A stretch of 64,000 nt of DNA from an uncultured Spirochaetota bacterium (lineage in GTDB: Bacteria; Spirochaetota; UBA4802; UBA5550). Shown piece by piece: positions 13,382 through 22,506 of this stretch. The position numbers and the translations under genes are program-made. The stretch spans positions 128,001 to 192,000 of the forward strand of contig CAWHAA010000004.1 of the NCBI GenBank assembly GCA_963827275.1, written 5' to 3'. Each line of letters opens with the position of its first letter. Position 1 is the first letter of the stretch. Under the pieces are notes generated by a model. That model saw only the letters and a program-made list of their open reading frames with translations, did no database searches and was not told the origin of the DNA.

Positions 13382-14129
13382 TTATTTTTTGTACGCCATC
13401 TTCCTTCTTATAAATCGCGGTATCAGTATCCTCTGGAATATCAGCCTCATGAAGGTCCCCGAATTCCTCCAGAAATCGACAAAGGGACGGAAGTGCGACA
13501 CGCGCTCCATGCCGGGCGTGTAGCTCACGCTCACCGGCGCCTCGATGACCGGGATACGGAGCCAGCCGGCCTTCGCGAGGACCTCCACCTCGAACTGGAA
13601 GCGGTTGGCCCGTATCGTCATGTTCATGGTCTGCGGGAGGGGATAGATCCTGAACCCGCTCTGCGAGTCCTTCACCGCCGGGCCGCCCGAGGCCCGCACC
13701 CAGAAGTTCGAGAATTTCCGGCCGAAGCGGCTGGTCCAGGGCACGTCATCCCCGGTCATGTTGCTCGCGCATCCCGATGACGATAGGCCTCCGGTGGGGC
13801 GGGAACGCGGTGTCAGGGACGGCGTGTATCAGGCCGAGCGCGTTTTCTGGGTCGTGCTGTCCGTCCGCGTCGATGGTGATGGCCCAGTCGGCGGACCCCG
13901 CGGCCGCGGCGAGCCCGCTCTTGATGGCGGCCCCTTTCCCCCTGTTTGTTTCGTGGCGTATCACCGTCACGCCCGCCATCCCCCTGATCCTGTCATGGGT
14001 CGAATCCGTTGAGCCGTCATCGACTACGTAGAGGGGAAATCCCAGCTTCAGGGCGCTGCGCGCGACATCGGCCACGCGCTGCTCGTGGTTATACACCGGG
14101 ATGATGATTGCGAATCTTCCTTTTATCAT
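13382..14129 (-). CDS. Glycosyltransferase family 2 (frameshift at ~13763)
   Basis: IIIPVYNH, VVDDGSTD, NRGKGAA, DADGQHD in 13746..14156, continuing as DSQSGFRIYP and FQFEVEVL in 13382..13759. One extra base at ~13763 splits the frame. Confidence 0.88.
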
Positions 14130-14162
14130 AACTGCATTCCCTTGATAACGATACAAGATATT

Positions 14163-14185
14163 CCCCTCCCATCAAGGGGGAGGGG
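14163..14185. repeat. Intergenic REP-like palindrome
   Basis: CCCCTCCC-atcaagg-GGGAGGGG with no U-tract, inside an operon. Confidence 0.5.
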
Positions 14186-14189
14186 TCAG

Positions 14190-15905
14190 CTAATCTTCCG
14201 GCAGAAACGCCAGCGACCATGTCCCCGGTCCCACGTGGACCCCGGTGGTGAGGGAGAGCGGCTGGATGCGTATGACGGCGTCCGGATAGCGCGCCGTGAT
14301 TTCCGGCATGACACGGGTTTCGACCGACGAACGGTTGTCCGTATACTGCAGCAGTATGAAGGGGCGCGCACCGGGCGCCGCACCCTCCGCGAGCTTCGCG
14401 AGCGCAAATGAGACCTGGTCCTCCGGGGTCTTTGCCATGCCGGCGCTGATGACCCCTTCGGCGGTGGGGGTCACCACGGGCTTCATGCCCAGCATGTTGC
14501 CGAAGAAGGCCTTGGTCCGGGATACCCTGCCGCCGGCCGCGAGAAATTTCAGGTTGTCGATGAAGATGTATTCCTGGCAGCGGTCGATGGCGCGCCGCGC
14601 GTACCCGATGACGGCCGCCGGATCGGCGGAGCTGTTCGAAAATTCGGCGACCGCGAGCGCTATCGCGCCGAGCCTTCCCGATGCGGCGCCGGTATCGAGT
14701 ATCGTCATGCGGTCGTCCGGGTCGTGCGCCGACTTCCACGCGCGCGCCACCTCGTAATTGCCGGTGTAGGCGGCGCCGACGCAGAGGTAGAGGACGCGGG
14801 GGTGCAGGCTCAGCACGCTGCTGTAGAGCTCATGGCGCTCGAACTCGGAGGCCTGGGAGGTGGAGGCCCGCGCGCCGCGCCGCATGAGAGCATAGAGCTC
14901 GGCCGGCTTCACGCTGGTCTCGGGCGCGGCCGAGTCTTCCACCGTGATATAGCTGTCCAGGAGCGTGAACCCCAGCCTGCGCGCATCGTCGCGGGTGACG
15001 GAACCGGCCGCGTCGGTCATGACATGGATGGCCTGCCGCGGCCGCGCGCGCGTGAATTCGCGCACCTGCTCTGCCAGGTTGTCGTCCGACCATCGGATGA
15101 CGCTGCCGAGCGACTCTACCCGCCTGCGCACCGCCGCGGCGTCCTCCGTGTGAAGGTGCACCTTGACGTAGTCGTCCCCCGGGAGCACCACCACGCTTTC
15201 GCCGAGTCCCGCGATGAGGGGGACCGCGGTATCGCGCCCGGCTCTTGCGTCAAGGGTGATGTCGACGCAGAACCCCTCCTCCCGGGCGGCCGAGAACGAC
15301 GGCGCGATGCTGAGCCCTTCGCTGAATATCGAGGTGACGGGACGGAATACGCCGGCTTTGCCGGCCAGGGACAGGAAGAAGGCCTCCAGGTAGATGAACA
15401 TCCCCAGCGCCCCCGAATCGACCACGCCCGCCTCCTTCAGCTTCGGGAGGAGCTCCGGCGTAGAGCGCACCGCTGCCTCGAGCCGCCCGATGACGTCCTC
15501 CGCGTATGCGGCGGGCGATGCAGGGGCGCCATCGAGCGCGTCAGTCAGCGCGTCGAAGACCGTGAGCATGGTGCCCTGCCGCGGTTCGTGTACCGCTTTC
15601 CATGCAAGGTCCCTCCCATGGCGCGCCGCTACCGGCACGGATCCGGGGGTATCGGCGCGGAGAAACCCGGAGAAAAAGCGGGCGGCGATGTTCCCGGAGT
15701 TTCCCCTGGCGTTCACGAGGAGATTCCGTATGGCGCCGTCCCGGTCGCGGCCGAGGTCGCGCAGCGGCGACAGGCTGATCTTCATGTTCCTGCCCGTATC
15801 GCCGTCGGCGACGGGAAACACGTTGATGCTGTCGAGGAGATCGGCCCAGGCCGCCACCCGCTCCGCACCGAGTATGAAAGAACGCGTGAGTAGATCATCC
15901 ATCAT
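14190..15905 (-). CDS. DAK2 (FakA-like) - DegV (FakB-like) fusion protein
   Basis: INVFPVADGDTGRNM, ARGNSG, GTMLTV, GVVDSGALG (DAK2); KVHLHT middle domain; TDAAGS, STSQAS, GGRVS, GVHVGPG (DegV). Start overlaps the upstream stop. Confidence 0.9.
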   Translation of the reverse strand: MMDDLLTRSFILGAERVAAWADLLDSINVFPVADGDTGRNMKISLSPLRDLGRDRDGAIRNLLVNARGNSGNIAARFFSGFLRADTPGSVPVAARHGRDLAWKAVHEPRQGTMLTVFDALTDALDGAPASPAAYAEDVIGRLEAAVRSTPELLPKLKEAGVVDSGALGMFIYLEAFFLSLAGKAGVFRPVTSIFSEGLSIAPSFSAAREEGFCVDITLDARAGRDTAVPLIAGLGESVVVLPGDDYVKVHLHTEDAAAVRRRVESLGSVIRWSDDNLAEQVREFTRARPRQAIHVMTDAAGSVTRDDARRLGFTLLDSYITVEDSAAPETSVKPAELYALMRRGARASTSQASEFERHELYSSVLSLHPRVLYLCVGAAYTGNYEVARAWKSAHDPDDRMTILDTGAASGRLGAIALAVAEFSNSSADPAAVIGYARRAIDRCQEYIFIDNLKFLAAGGRVSRTKAFFGNMLGMKPVVTPTAEGVISAGMAKTPEDQVSFALAKLAEGAAPGARPFILLQYTDNRSSVETRVMPEITARYPDAVIRIQPLSLTTGVHVGPGTWSLAFLPED

Positions 15906-16377
15906 GCTTCGGCAAGCCCCTTTCATTGACAAATTCAAAATCGACGTTATTATGCCTGAGCCATTCAGCGGCCACGCTCCCTATCTGTTCGCTGAATTCC
16001 CTCTGCCATTTTTTTTCGATTTCCGGGTGGGTGTGCAGGGCGTCTTTGAAATTGCGGTAGGGCGCGCGCTTTGCCATCGCGGAGGAGAGACGGGCCGCCA
16101 CCGCGCCGTCCGGCAGGGACGCGATGAAATCCTTCATGATATCAACGCCGCGCCGTCCGTCCATCGGCTCGATGTGCAGAAACCGCTCCGCCGCGTCTTC
16201 CCCGGGGAACGCGGCATCGCAGGGAGGGCCGTCGGTATCGTCCCCGCAGCGGTGTTCCGACTGGTAGAGTATCTCCCCCGTTTCCCGGTCGAGGTAGTAG
16301 TGGGTGAACCCGCAGTGGTCTTCAATTGAATGCAGCAGGCCGGCAAGGTGTATCTGTATCGGCGCGCGGTCGGTCAT
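15895..16377 (-). CDS. UPF0158 family protein
   Basis: YYLDRETGEI, MKDFIASL, PYRNFKDAL and AAEWL pattern. ATG at 16377 with a GGGAGAGG RBS. Confidence 0.8.
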   Translation of the reverse strand: MTDRAPIQIHLAGLLHSIEDHCGFTHYYLDRETGEILYQSEHRCGDDTDGPPCDAAFPGEDAAERFLHIEPMDGRRGVDIMKDFIASLPDGAVAARLSSAMAKRAPYRNFKDALHTHPEIEKKWQREFSEQIGSVAAEWLRHNNVDFEFVNERGLPKHDG

Positions 16378-16408
16378 AGGCCTCTCCCGTGTACGGACCG
16401 GGCTCCTG

Positions 16409-17959
16409 TTACTGCTCTTCGAAATTGAAGAGGTCGTTGTCTGCAATGGCGCGCACCAGCGCCTCGATATCGCCGTCCATCGGCCGGTCGGATACAACGG
16501 GACCGGCGACTGACCGCACCCTGCGGACGATCTCCGCGATGCCCGGCCGCGCGTCGAAGTTTCCCCGTATCTCGCACGCCTGGGCCGCGGCCAGGAGGTG
16601 TATCGCCGTCACCCGTTCCAGCAGGTCGCAGACGCGCGCCGCGTCGCGCGCGGCGATGGTGCCCATGCTCACCTTGTCCTGGTTGTGGGATTCGGTCGAG
16701 CGCGAGAAGGACGCCGCGGGCATGGTCGCCTTGAGCGCTTCCGCGGTCAGCGCCGACGATGAGATCGACATCGCCTTGAACCCGTGGTTGTACATCGCCT
16801 CGTTGCCGGGGGTCCGCACCAGGTCGGCGGGCAGGCCGCGGTTCACGTGCGGGTCAACCATGAGGGCGACCTGGCGGTCTGACATGTCGGCCGCCGACGC
16901 GAGTGCCGACTTCAGCCCGTCCATCGCGAACGAAATATGGCCGCCGTAGAAATTGCCGCCCATCAGCACCGCTCCTGTGTCCGGGTCTATGAGTGGGTTG
17001 TCATTCGCGCTGTTCGCCTCGATCTCCACCCAGCGGGTGATCCATTCAAGCGCGTCACGCAGGACGCCCAGCACCTGGGGCGAGCAGCGGAGCGAATAGG
17101 GGTCCTGGAGCGTTTCAAGCGCCGTGGCCTCGAGGCCGGCGCCGTTGCCGTTCGATCTGATGCGTGCAAGTATGTTCCGGGCGATGTATTCCTGCCCGGG
17201 ATGGGGCTTCGCCCTGGCGATTGCGGGGGCATAGTGGTGCTCGTTGCCCATCAGGGCGTGAATGGAAAGCGCGGTGGCGGACACGGACGCGTTCAGTACC
17301 TTCCGCGCGCGGTCGATGACGATGGCTGATATGCCCGTCATCATGGAGGTGCCGTTTATGATCGCCAGCGGCTCTTTCGGGAGAAATTCATACGGTGCGA
17401 GCCCGGCCTGCTTCAGCGCCTCGGCCGCCGGCATGCGGGAGCCCTTGTAATACACCTCCCGTTCGCCCATGAGGGCGGCCGCGACGTATGACATGGGCGT
17501 CAGGTCGCCAGACGCGCCGACCGAGCCCTCGCAGGGGACCGCGGGGGTGATGCCCCGGTTCAGGAATTCCGCGAGGCGGGCGATGAGCTCCATCGATACG
17601 CCCGAATAGCCGCGCGAAAAACAGAGGATGCGGGTCATCATTGCCGCCCTGGTTTCGGGAATGCCGACGTGCTCGCCGGTGCCGCAGCCGTGGAACCTGA
17701 TCAGGTTGGAGCCGTTTTTTATGGCGACCTCCATTGCCATGCGCTTGCCGCACGATTTCCCGTAGCCGGTATTGACGCCGTAGACCGGCGTCCCTTTCTC
17801 CAGCGCCGCGTTGAGCATCTCGCGCGACACGTCGATTTTACGGACAAACTCAGGGAGCGTGCCAATCGATATGCGTTTCGCGCCGAACGCCACTTCCAGA
17901 ATCTCGTTAAGCGACAGTTCCTGGCCATTGATGACGATTTCTTTGCTCTGGATATTCAT
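16409..17959 (-). CDS. Aromatic amino acid ammonia-lyase (HAL/PAL/TAL family, MIO enzyme, FH specificity type)
   Basis: VYGVNTGYG, NLIRFHGCG, GSVGASGDL (MIO Ala-Ser-Gly), QDPYSLRC, NDNP, GGNFYG and HNQDKVSMG. Confidence 0.95.
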   Translation of the reverse strand: MNIQSKEIVINGQELSLNEILEVAFGAKRISIGTLPEFVRKIDVSREMLNAALEKGTPVYGVNTGYGKSCGKRMAMEVAIKNGSNLIRFHGCGTGEHVGIPETRAAMMTRILCFSRGYSGVSMELIARLAEFLNRGITPAVPCEGSVGASGDLTPMSYVAAALMGEREVYYKGSRMPAAEALKQAGLAPYEFLPKEPLAIINGTSMMTGISAIVIDRARKVLNASVSATALSIHALMGNEHHYAPAIARAKPHPGQEYIARNILARIRSNGNGAGLEATALETLQDPYSLRCSPQVLGVLRDALEWITRWVEIEANSANDNPLIDPDTGAVLMGGNFYGGHISFAMDGLKSALASAADMSDRQVALMVDPHVNRGLPADLVRTPGNEAMYNHGFKAMSISSSALTAEALKATMPAASFSRSTESHNQDKVSMGTIAARDAARVCDLLERVTAIHLLAAAQACEIRGNFDARPGIAEIVRRVRSVAGPVVSDRPMDGDIEALVRAIADNDLFNFEEQ

Positions 17960-18138
17960 CTGGATGATTTCCTTCTGTGTTTCCCTATATGGCCTTGAAA
18001 AACAGACCTAATCCTAAGTGAACGCTTCCGGTTTTTGTCAAGGTTTTTTTCTTGCGTTATTCGCCGCTGCCGGGAGTATCAGTTGCAGCCGTGCATCAGA
18101 CCGGCGTGTCCCGCAATGCCGGGCGGCGGATGCGGCAT

Positions 18139-18528
18139 ATGCCGTTACAGGAGAGAGGAGTGGGCCTGCTGAATAGCATTGCCGGGTGGACGGCCCGGAG
18201 CGAGTTTGCGCGATCGGCGCTCGAGGAGAAAGCCGACCTGGGCCCCTTTACGCAGAGGCCCTCCCCGCGTGTCATAGCCGGCATCATTCTAATGGGTTTC
18301 AGCTATATCATCGGCTGGCCGGCAGTCGCACTGTTCGGCGTGCTGTCGATCTGGCTTCGCCAGCCGCTCATCGTCATTATCGGCGGGCCCGTCATCTACG
18401 GCATCTCACACCTGGTGTTCCTCGCCGGCCTCTACTGCGCCGGCGCACGGTATACCTATGTCTTTCTCCGGTGGGCCACGAGACGGTTCATTGAAAAATA
18501 CGGGCCGCCGCCCGTCCCGGGAGGGTGA
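18139..18528 (+). CDS. Hypothetical membrane protein
   Basis: Two to three hydrophobic segments (GFSYIIGWPAV, GGPVIYGISHLVF). Start uncertain (18139 or 18160). Confidence 0.65.
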   Translation: MPLQERGVGLLNSIAGWTARSEFARSALEEKADLGPFTQRPSPRVIAGIILMGFSYIIGWPAVALFGVLSIWLRQPLIVIIGGPVIYGISHLVFLAGLYCAGARYTYVFLRWATRRFIEKYGPPPVPGG

Positions 18529-18540
18529 CCCTGCCGGGAA

Positions 18541-19092
18541 TTATTGTAATTCGTATTCGCGTACCACCTTCTCCCAGAGCGCGGTGAGTGAAGGGTCGTC
18601 CGGGTCAAAGATCTTTGAGTTTTTTCTGATATCGCGGCGGTCGTGCTCTATCCAGGCATAGAGCCGGTTTTTCGCGTCGCGCGCGTCCCCGGCGCTGTGG
18701 CAGAGGGTAATCAGCTTCCGCATCTCGTCGAGGGACAGAAAGTTGCGATAGCTGTTCAGAATGACGATGAAATAGGACCCGTCCCGCCCTTCCTCGACCT
18801 CCGCGAGCACCGATCGTCCGCGCGTCGCGGCCCGGCCGCCGCCACCAGCGCTGTAATCGCTGAGCACCCGCTCGTTATGGGCGAGGATGGCCGCGTCCTG
18901 TAAAAGCTTCTTCAGGCTTTCGGCGCCGAGGGTCAGGGTCATCGCGCGGATCTCATTGCGCAGCTGCGCCTCGAGCGACTTCTGTTTCGGCTGTGCCGGG
19001 ATCCGTTTTGCGGGCGAAGACTTCTTCGGCGCGGCTTTTTTTTGCGCCGCTACCCCCGGTTTTTTTTTCGATTTCGGTCCGACGGATTTCAT
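18541..19092 (-). CDS. Hypothetical protein with Lys-rich N-terminus
   Basis: Coding-like ORF with a histone-like basic leader followed by a globular domain. Confidence 0.65.
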   Translation of the reverse strand: MKSVGPKSKKKPGVAAQKKAAPKKSSPAKRIPAQPKQKSLEAQLRNEIRAMTLTLGAESLKKLLQDAAILAHNERVLSDYSAGGGGRAATRGRSVLAEVEEGRDGSYFIVILNSYRNFLSLDEMRKLITLCHSAGDARDAKNRLYAWIEHDRRDIRKNSKIFDPDDPSLTALWEKVVREYELQ

Positions 19093-19323
19093 TGGCGGTA
19101 CCCCCCTGATTATATAGCATGCAATGCCGGCAGCTGACATATACCAGATGCCCGCCGGAAACACAATCATTTTTACCGGGGCACTATTCGATTAACTGGA
19201 TATTAATTGCCTTGAGAAAAAAACCCGCATGGTGTAGAACGGTTACGTTCATCAACAGCGGCATTCGTCATGGGGACACCATGATGGCAATGATTCATAT
19301 CTCGCTGCGACGGGAGGACGGCC

Positions 19324-20625
19324 ATGTCATTACGTGCAATAGCAATTATGTATGTTCTATTGATCGTATGCGGGGACTGCGCATATTCGGAATCGTTTAT
19401 AAAAGGAAAGGATGCCGGAAACCGGCAGGGCATGAACGATGATGCGCGCAGTGCCGCTGCAAATAAAGCGCCCGCCGGTGCCCCCCTGTTTTCCGATGAC
19501 GTGATGGCCCCCTGGGAGGGCGGCGCCGCGTATTACGCCAGGTGGCCGAACGGTCCGTCAACCGACCCGAAATTTTTTCCCATCGCGGTCTGGCTGCAGC
19601 AGCCCTTCAACGCGGATTCTTTCAGGGAGCTGGGCTTCAATACGTATGTCGGATTATGGGAAGGCCCGACCGCAGAACAGCTCCGGCAGCTGTCGGAGCG
19701 CACGGTCCCCGTATTCTGCTCGCAGAACAGCGTCGGCCTGGGCAGGACCGATACCGCTGTCATAAAGGGATGGATGCATCTTGACGAGCCGGACAACGCG
19801 CAGCCGGACGGGAAGGGCGGGTACGGTCCGCCGATATCCGCAAGGACCGTCATCGACGGCTATCAGAAGATGAGGGCGGCCGACCGGACGCGCCCGGTGC
19901 TTCTCAACCTGGGCCAGGGCGTTGCCTGGGACGGCTGGTATGGCCGCGGCGTGCGCACCAATCATCCGGAGGATTACGCGGAATACGCCAGGGGCGCCGA
20001 TATCCTCTCGTTCGATATCTACCCCGTAAACATGAAGGACGCCCCCGTGAATGAAAAACTCTGGCTGGTTGCCCGCGGGGTGGACCGGTTGCGCAAGTGG
20101 GGCAATTACAAAAAGCCGGTATGGAACTGGATCGAGTGCACCGATTTCAACGGTTCCGGGAGAAAGCCGAAGCCGGTTGAGGTAAAAGCCGAGGTCTGGA
20201 TGTCTATCATTCATGGCACGAGGGGCATCGGTTACTTCGTGCATGTATTCGCGCCTTCGTTCATAGAGGCGGGATTGCTGAGTGATGCGGAGATGAGCGC
20301 CGCGGTCAGGGCAATCAACCGCCAGATCGCCGCCCTCGCGCCCGTCCTGAACAGGCCATCGGTCGCAAACGGGGTCACCGTTTCAAGCGGCAACGCCGCG
20401 GTGCCGGTCGACGTGATGCTCAAGCGCTTCAACGGGGAGACCTACCTGTTTGCCGTCGCAATGAGGCCGGGCCGGACTACGGCGACCTTTCGTTTTCGCG
20501 GGTTCCCGAAAAATGCAACCGCCGAGGTGCTGGGAGAGCGGCGCGCACGAACGGTGTCGGGCGGTATCATGACCGATACGTTTACTGACTACGGTGTGCA
20601 CCTGTACCGGGTCAGCTTCAGGTAG
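19324..20625 (+). CDS. Secreted glycoside hydrolase-like (TIM barrel) protein
   Basis: Signal-like N-terminus, GFNTYVG, HLDEPDN, ADILSFDIYP, PVWNWIE, GIGYF and a C-terminal beta domain. Confidence 0.65.
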   Translation: MSLRAIAIMYVLLIVCGDCAYSESFIKGKDAGNRQGMNDDARSAAANKAPAGAPLFSDDVMAPWEGGAAYYARWPNGPSTDPKFFPIAVWLQQPFNADSFRELGFNTYVGLWEGPTAEQLRQLSERTVPVFCSQNSVGLGRTDTAVIKGWMHLDEPDNAQPDGKGGYGPPISARTVIDGYQKMRAADRTRPVLLNLGQGVAWDGWYGRGVRTNHPEDYAEYARGADILSFDIYPVNMKDAPVNEKLWLVARGVDRLRKWGNYKKPVWNWIECTDFNGSGRKPKPVEVKAEVWMSIIHGTRGIGYFVHVFAPSFIEAGLLSDAEMSAAVRAINRQIAALAPVLNRPSVANGVTVSSGNAAVPVDVMLKRFNGETYLFAVAMRPGRTTATFRFRGFPKNATAEVLGERRARTVSGGIMTDTFTDYGVHLYRVSFR

Positions 20626-20698
20626 GGCGCAACAGTCGCGGGTGACGGCGGGACTTCTGGCGCTGTCCCGTGCGGCCCTGCATGACGGATGAATTGAT

Positions 20699-22405
20699 AT
20701 GACCGAACCGACACGTACTCATGGTCTTGCGCGCAAGGCAGGCGTTCCAGGCGGAGGAAAAGCCCCCGGTGTACGGGTTGCCGCCTTCGTCCTGCTCCTG
20801 TTCGCGGTCACGCTGGCGCTCCACGCGCTTGAATTCCGCGCCGCAGCATGGAGCATCGATGAATACATCTTCGCCACCGGCGGCCAGAAGATAGTATCGG
20901 GCGGCATGCTGTACAGGGATTTTGGCGACAACAAGCCCCCCCTCATCTATTACACCAACGCTCTGCTGTACTGGCTGTCCGGTGAAGATTTCCTGAACTT
21001 TTTTTTCATATCAAAATTCGCGACCATTCTGGTCATATTTCTGACCGGGCTGGCCTTCTATGCTGCCGGTAAAAACCTGGGCGGGAAAAATCTCGGCATG
21101 GTTTCCGCCCTGTTCTACGTCGCCTACAGCATCTGCGGTCCGTCGGGGGAGATGCTCGGCGGGAGGACGGAGATCTATTCAACCCTCCTGGCGGTCGCCA
21201 GCATCTATTTCTTCTCCCGTGACGGCTTTTCCTTGCGGATCATGAACATGCTGCTCTCCGGATTTCTTCTTTCTATAGCCACGATATACAACGCCAAATT
21301 CGGCGTTGCCGGTGTCGCGTACCTGCTTTTCATCGCGTATAAACGCCGGACTGTCAGGGGGGCAGTCCCCCCGGCGGCGTCGCTCGGGGCGGCCTATGTT
21401 CCGCTGCTGGCAGCGGTGCCGGTCTGCTTTTACCTCCTGGGCGTGAATGAGTATTACCGCTTCTGGCAGTCCACGGTGTTCAAACATTACCTGGAGGTGT
21501 TGCCGTTCTACTACCTGGTCCCCGCGGGGCTGCTGGTGCTTGTTTTCCTGGCCGGTATTGCGCCGCTCTCGGTTTTTTCTTTTTACCGGATTGTTTCCAC
21601 CCTCCGGATGAATTCCAAAAGCGGCAACAGGTCTGCAAAAAAAGGCGACGGCGGGGCGCCGGGTATCATGCGGCGCGCGGCCGGTTTTTTCAGGAGGCTC
21701 GGGGCACGGGACCCCCGCTACGATGTGTCTGTTTTCCTCATTCTGCTCCTGCTCGTCCAGTTCCTCTCGTTTTTCGTGGGCGGGATCCCGGGCGTCCGGT
21801 ATTTTTACATGATGCTTATCCCGATATGCTTTCTCGCCGCGCAGGGCCTCTTTGATGTCTATGGGGCCATCAGGGACGCATTGTCCGCGGGGGCCCTCTC
21901 CCGGGTGTTGAACGCCATCCTGGTACTGTTTCTTGTCGGCCCGCCGGTCTTCTTTTTCATGATGCACTATAATTCCCGTAAAGAGCTGCTGATTGAATCA
22001 ATGCAGCAGCACCGGGACGCCGTTGAATATATACGGCTCACCACCGATCCCGGTCAGCGGATATTCGTGTGGTCCAACATGCAGCCGATCTATCTCTACT
22101 CGGGAAGGACGGTCTCGACGTCGATGGTCTATCCGACGGAATTTCTTGCCCGCTACTATTATTTTACCGGGGAGTTCCGCCGCGACACCACGGCCTGGGA
22201 CATATTTTTCAGGCAGCTGGAATCAGACCCGCCCGTCCTGATACTCGATAACACCGGGAATTTTATTACGCGGGATACGGTCCTCTATGCGAAAAAAAAC
22301 AGGTATGTGGACGTTAAGCTGGAAGAATTCAGACGGTATGTTGGCAATAAATACGAATACAAGGCCACGCTCAGCGGGTTCCGGATATACAGGAGAAGAC
22401 CGTAA
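20699..22405 (+). CDS. ArnT/PMT-like (GT-C) membrane glycosyltransferase
   Basis: IDEYIF and LYRDFGDNKPPLIY motifs, many TM helices, soluble C-terminal domain. Confidence 0.8.
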   Translation: MTEPTRTHGLARKAGVPGGGKAPGVRVAAFVLLLFAVTLALHALEFRAAAWSIDEYIFATGGQKIVSGGMLYRDFGDNKPPLIYYTNALLYWLSGEDFLNFFFISKFATILVIFLTGLAFYAAGKNLGGKNLGMVSALFYVAYSICGPSGEMLGGRTEIYSTLLAVASIYFFSRDGFSLRIMNMLLSGFLLSIATIYNAKFGVAGVAYLLFIAYKRRTVRGAVPPAASLGAAYVPLLAAVPVCFYLLGVNEYYRFWQSTVFKHYLEVLPFYYLVPAGLLVLVFLAGIAPLSVFSFYRIVSTLRMNSKSGNRSAKKGDGGAPGIMRRAAGFFRRLGARDPRYDVSVFLILLLLVQFLSFFVGGIPGVRYFYMMLIPICFLAAQGLFDVYGAIRDALSAGALSRVLNAILVLFLVGPPVFFFMMHYNSRKELLIESMQQHRDAVEYIRLTTDPGQRIFVWSNMQPIYLYSGRTVSTSMVYPTEFLARYYYFTGEFRRDTTAWDIFFRQLESDPPVLILDNTGNFITRDTVLYAKKNRYVDVKLEEFRRYVGNKYEYKATLSGFRIYRRRP

Positions 22406-22506
22406 GGAGGGGAACCGGACGCTCCGCGCCGTCACCCGGCAGTGTCAGAGCCGGGAGGCCGGCGCACAACGCCCGTGTTTCCTGGAAAGCGGCCTCTGCC
22501 GGGCGC

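Noticed and set aside
16409..17959. hutH histidine utilisation gene
   Set aside because: FH rather than SH motif and no hut genes nearby, so the symbol was withheld.
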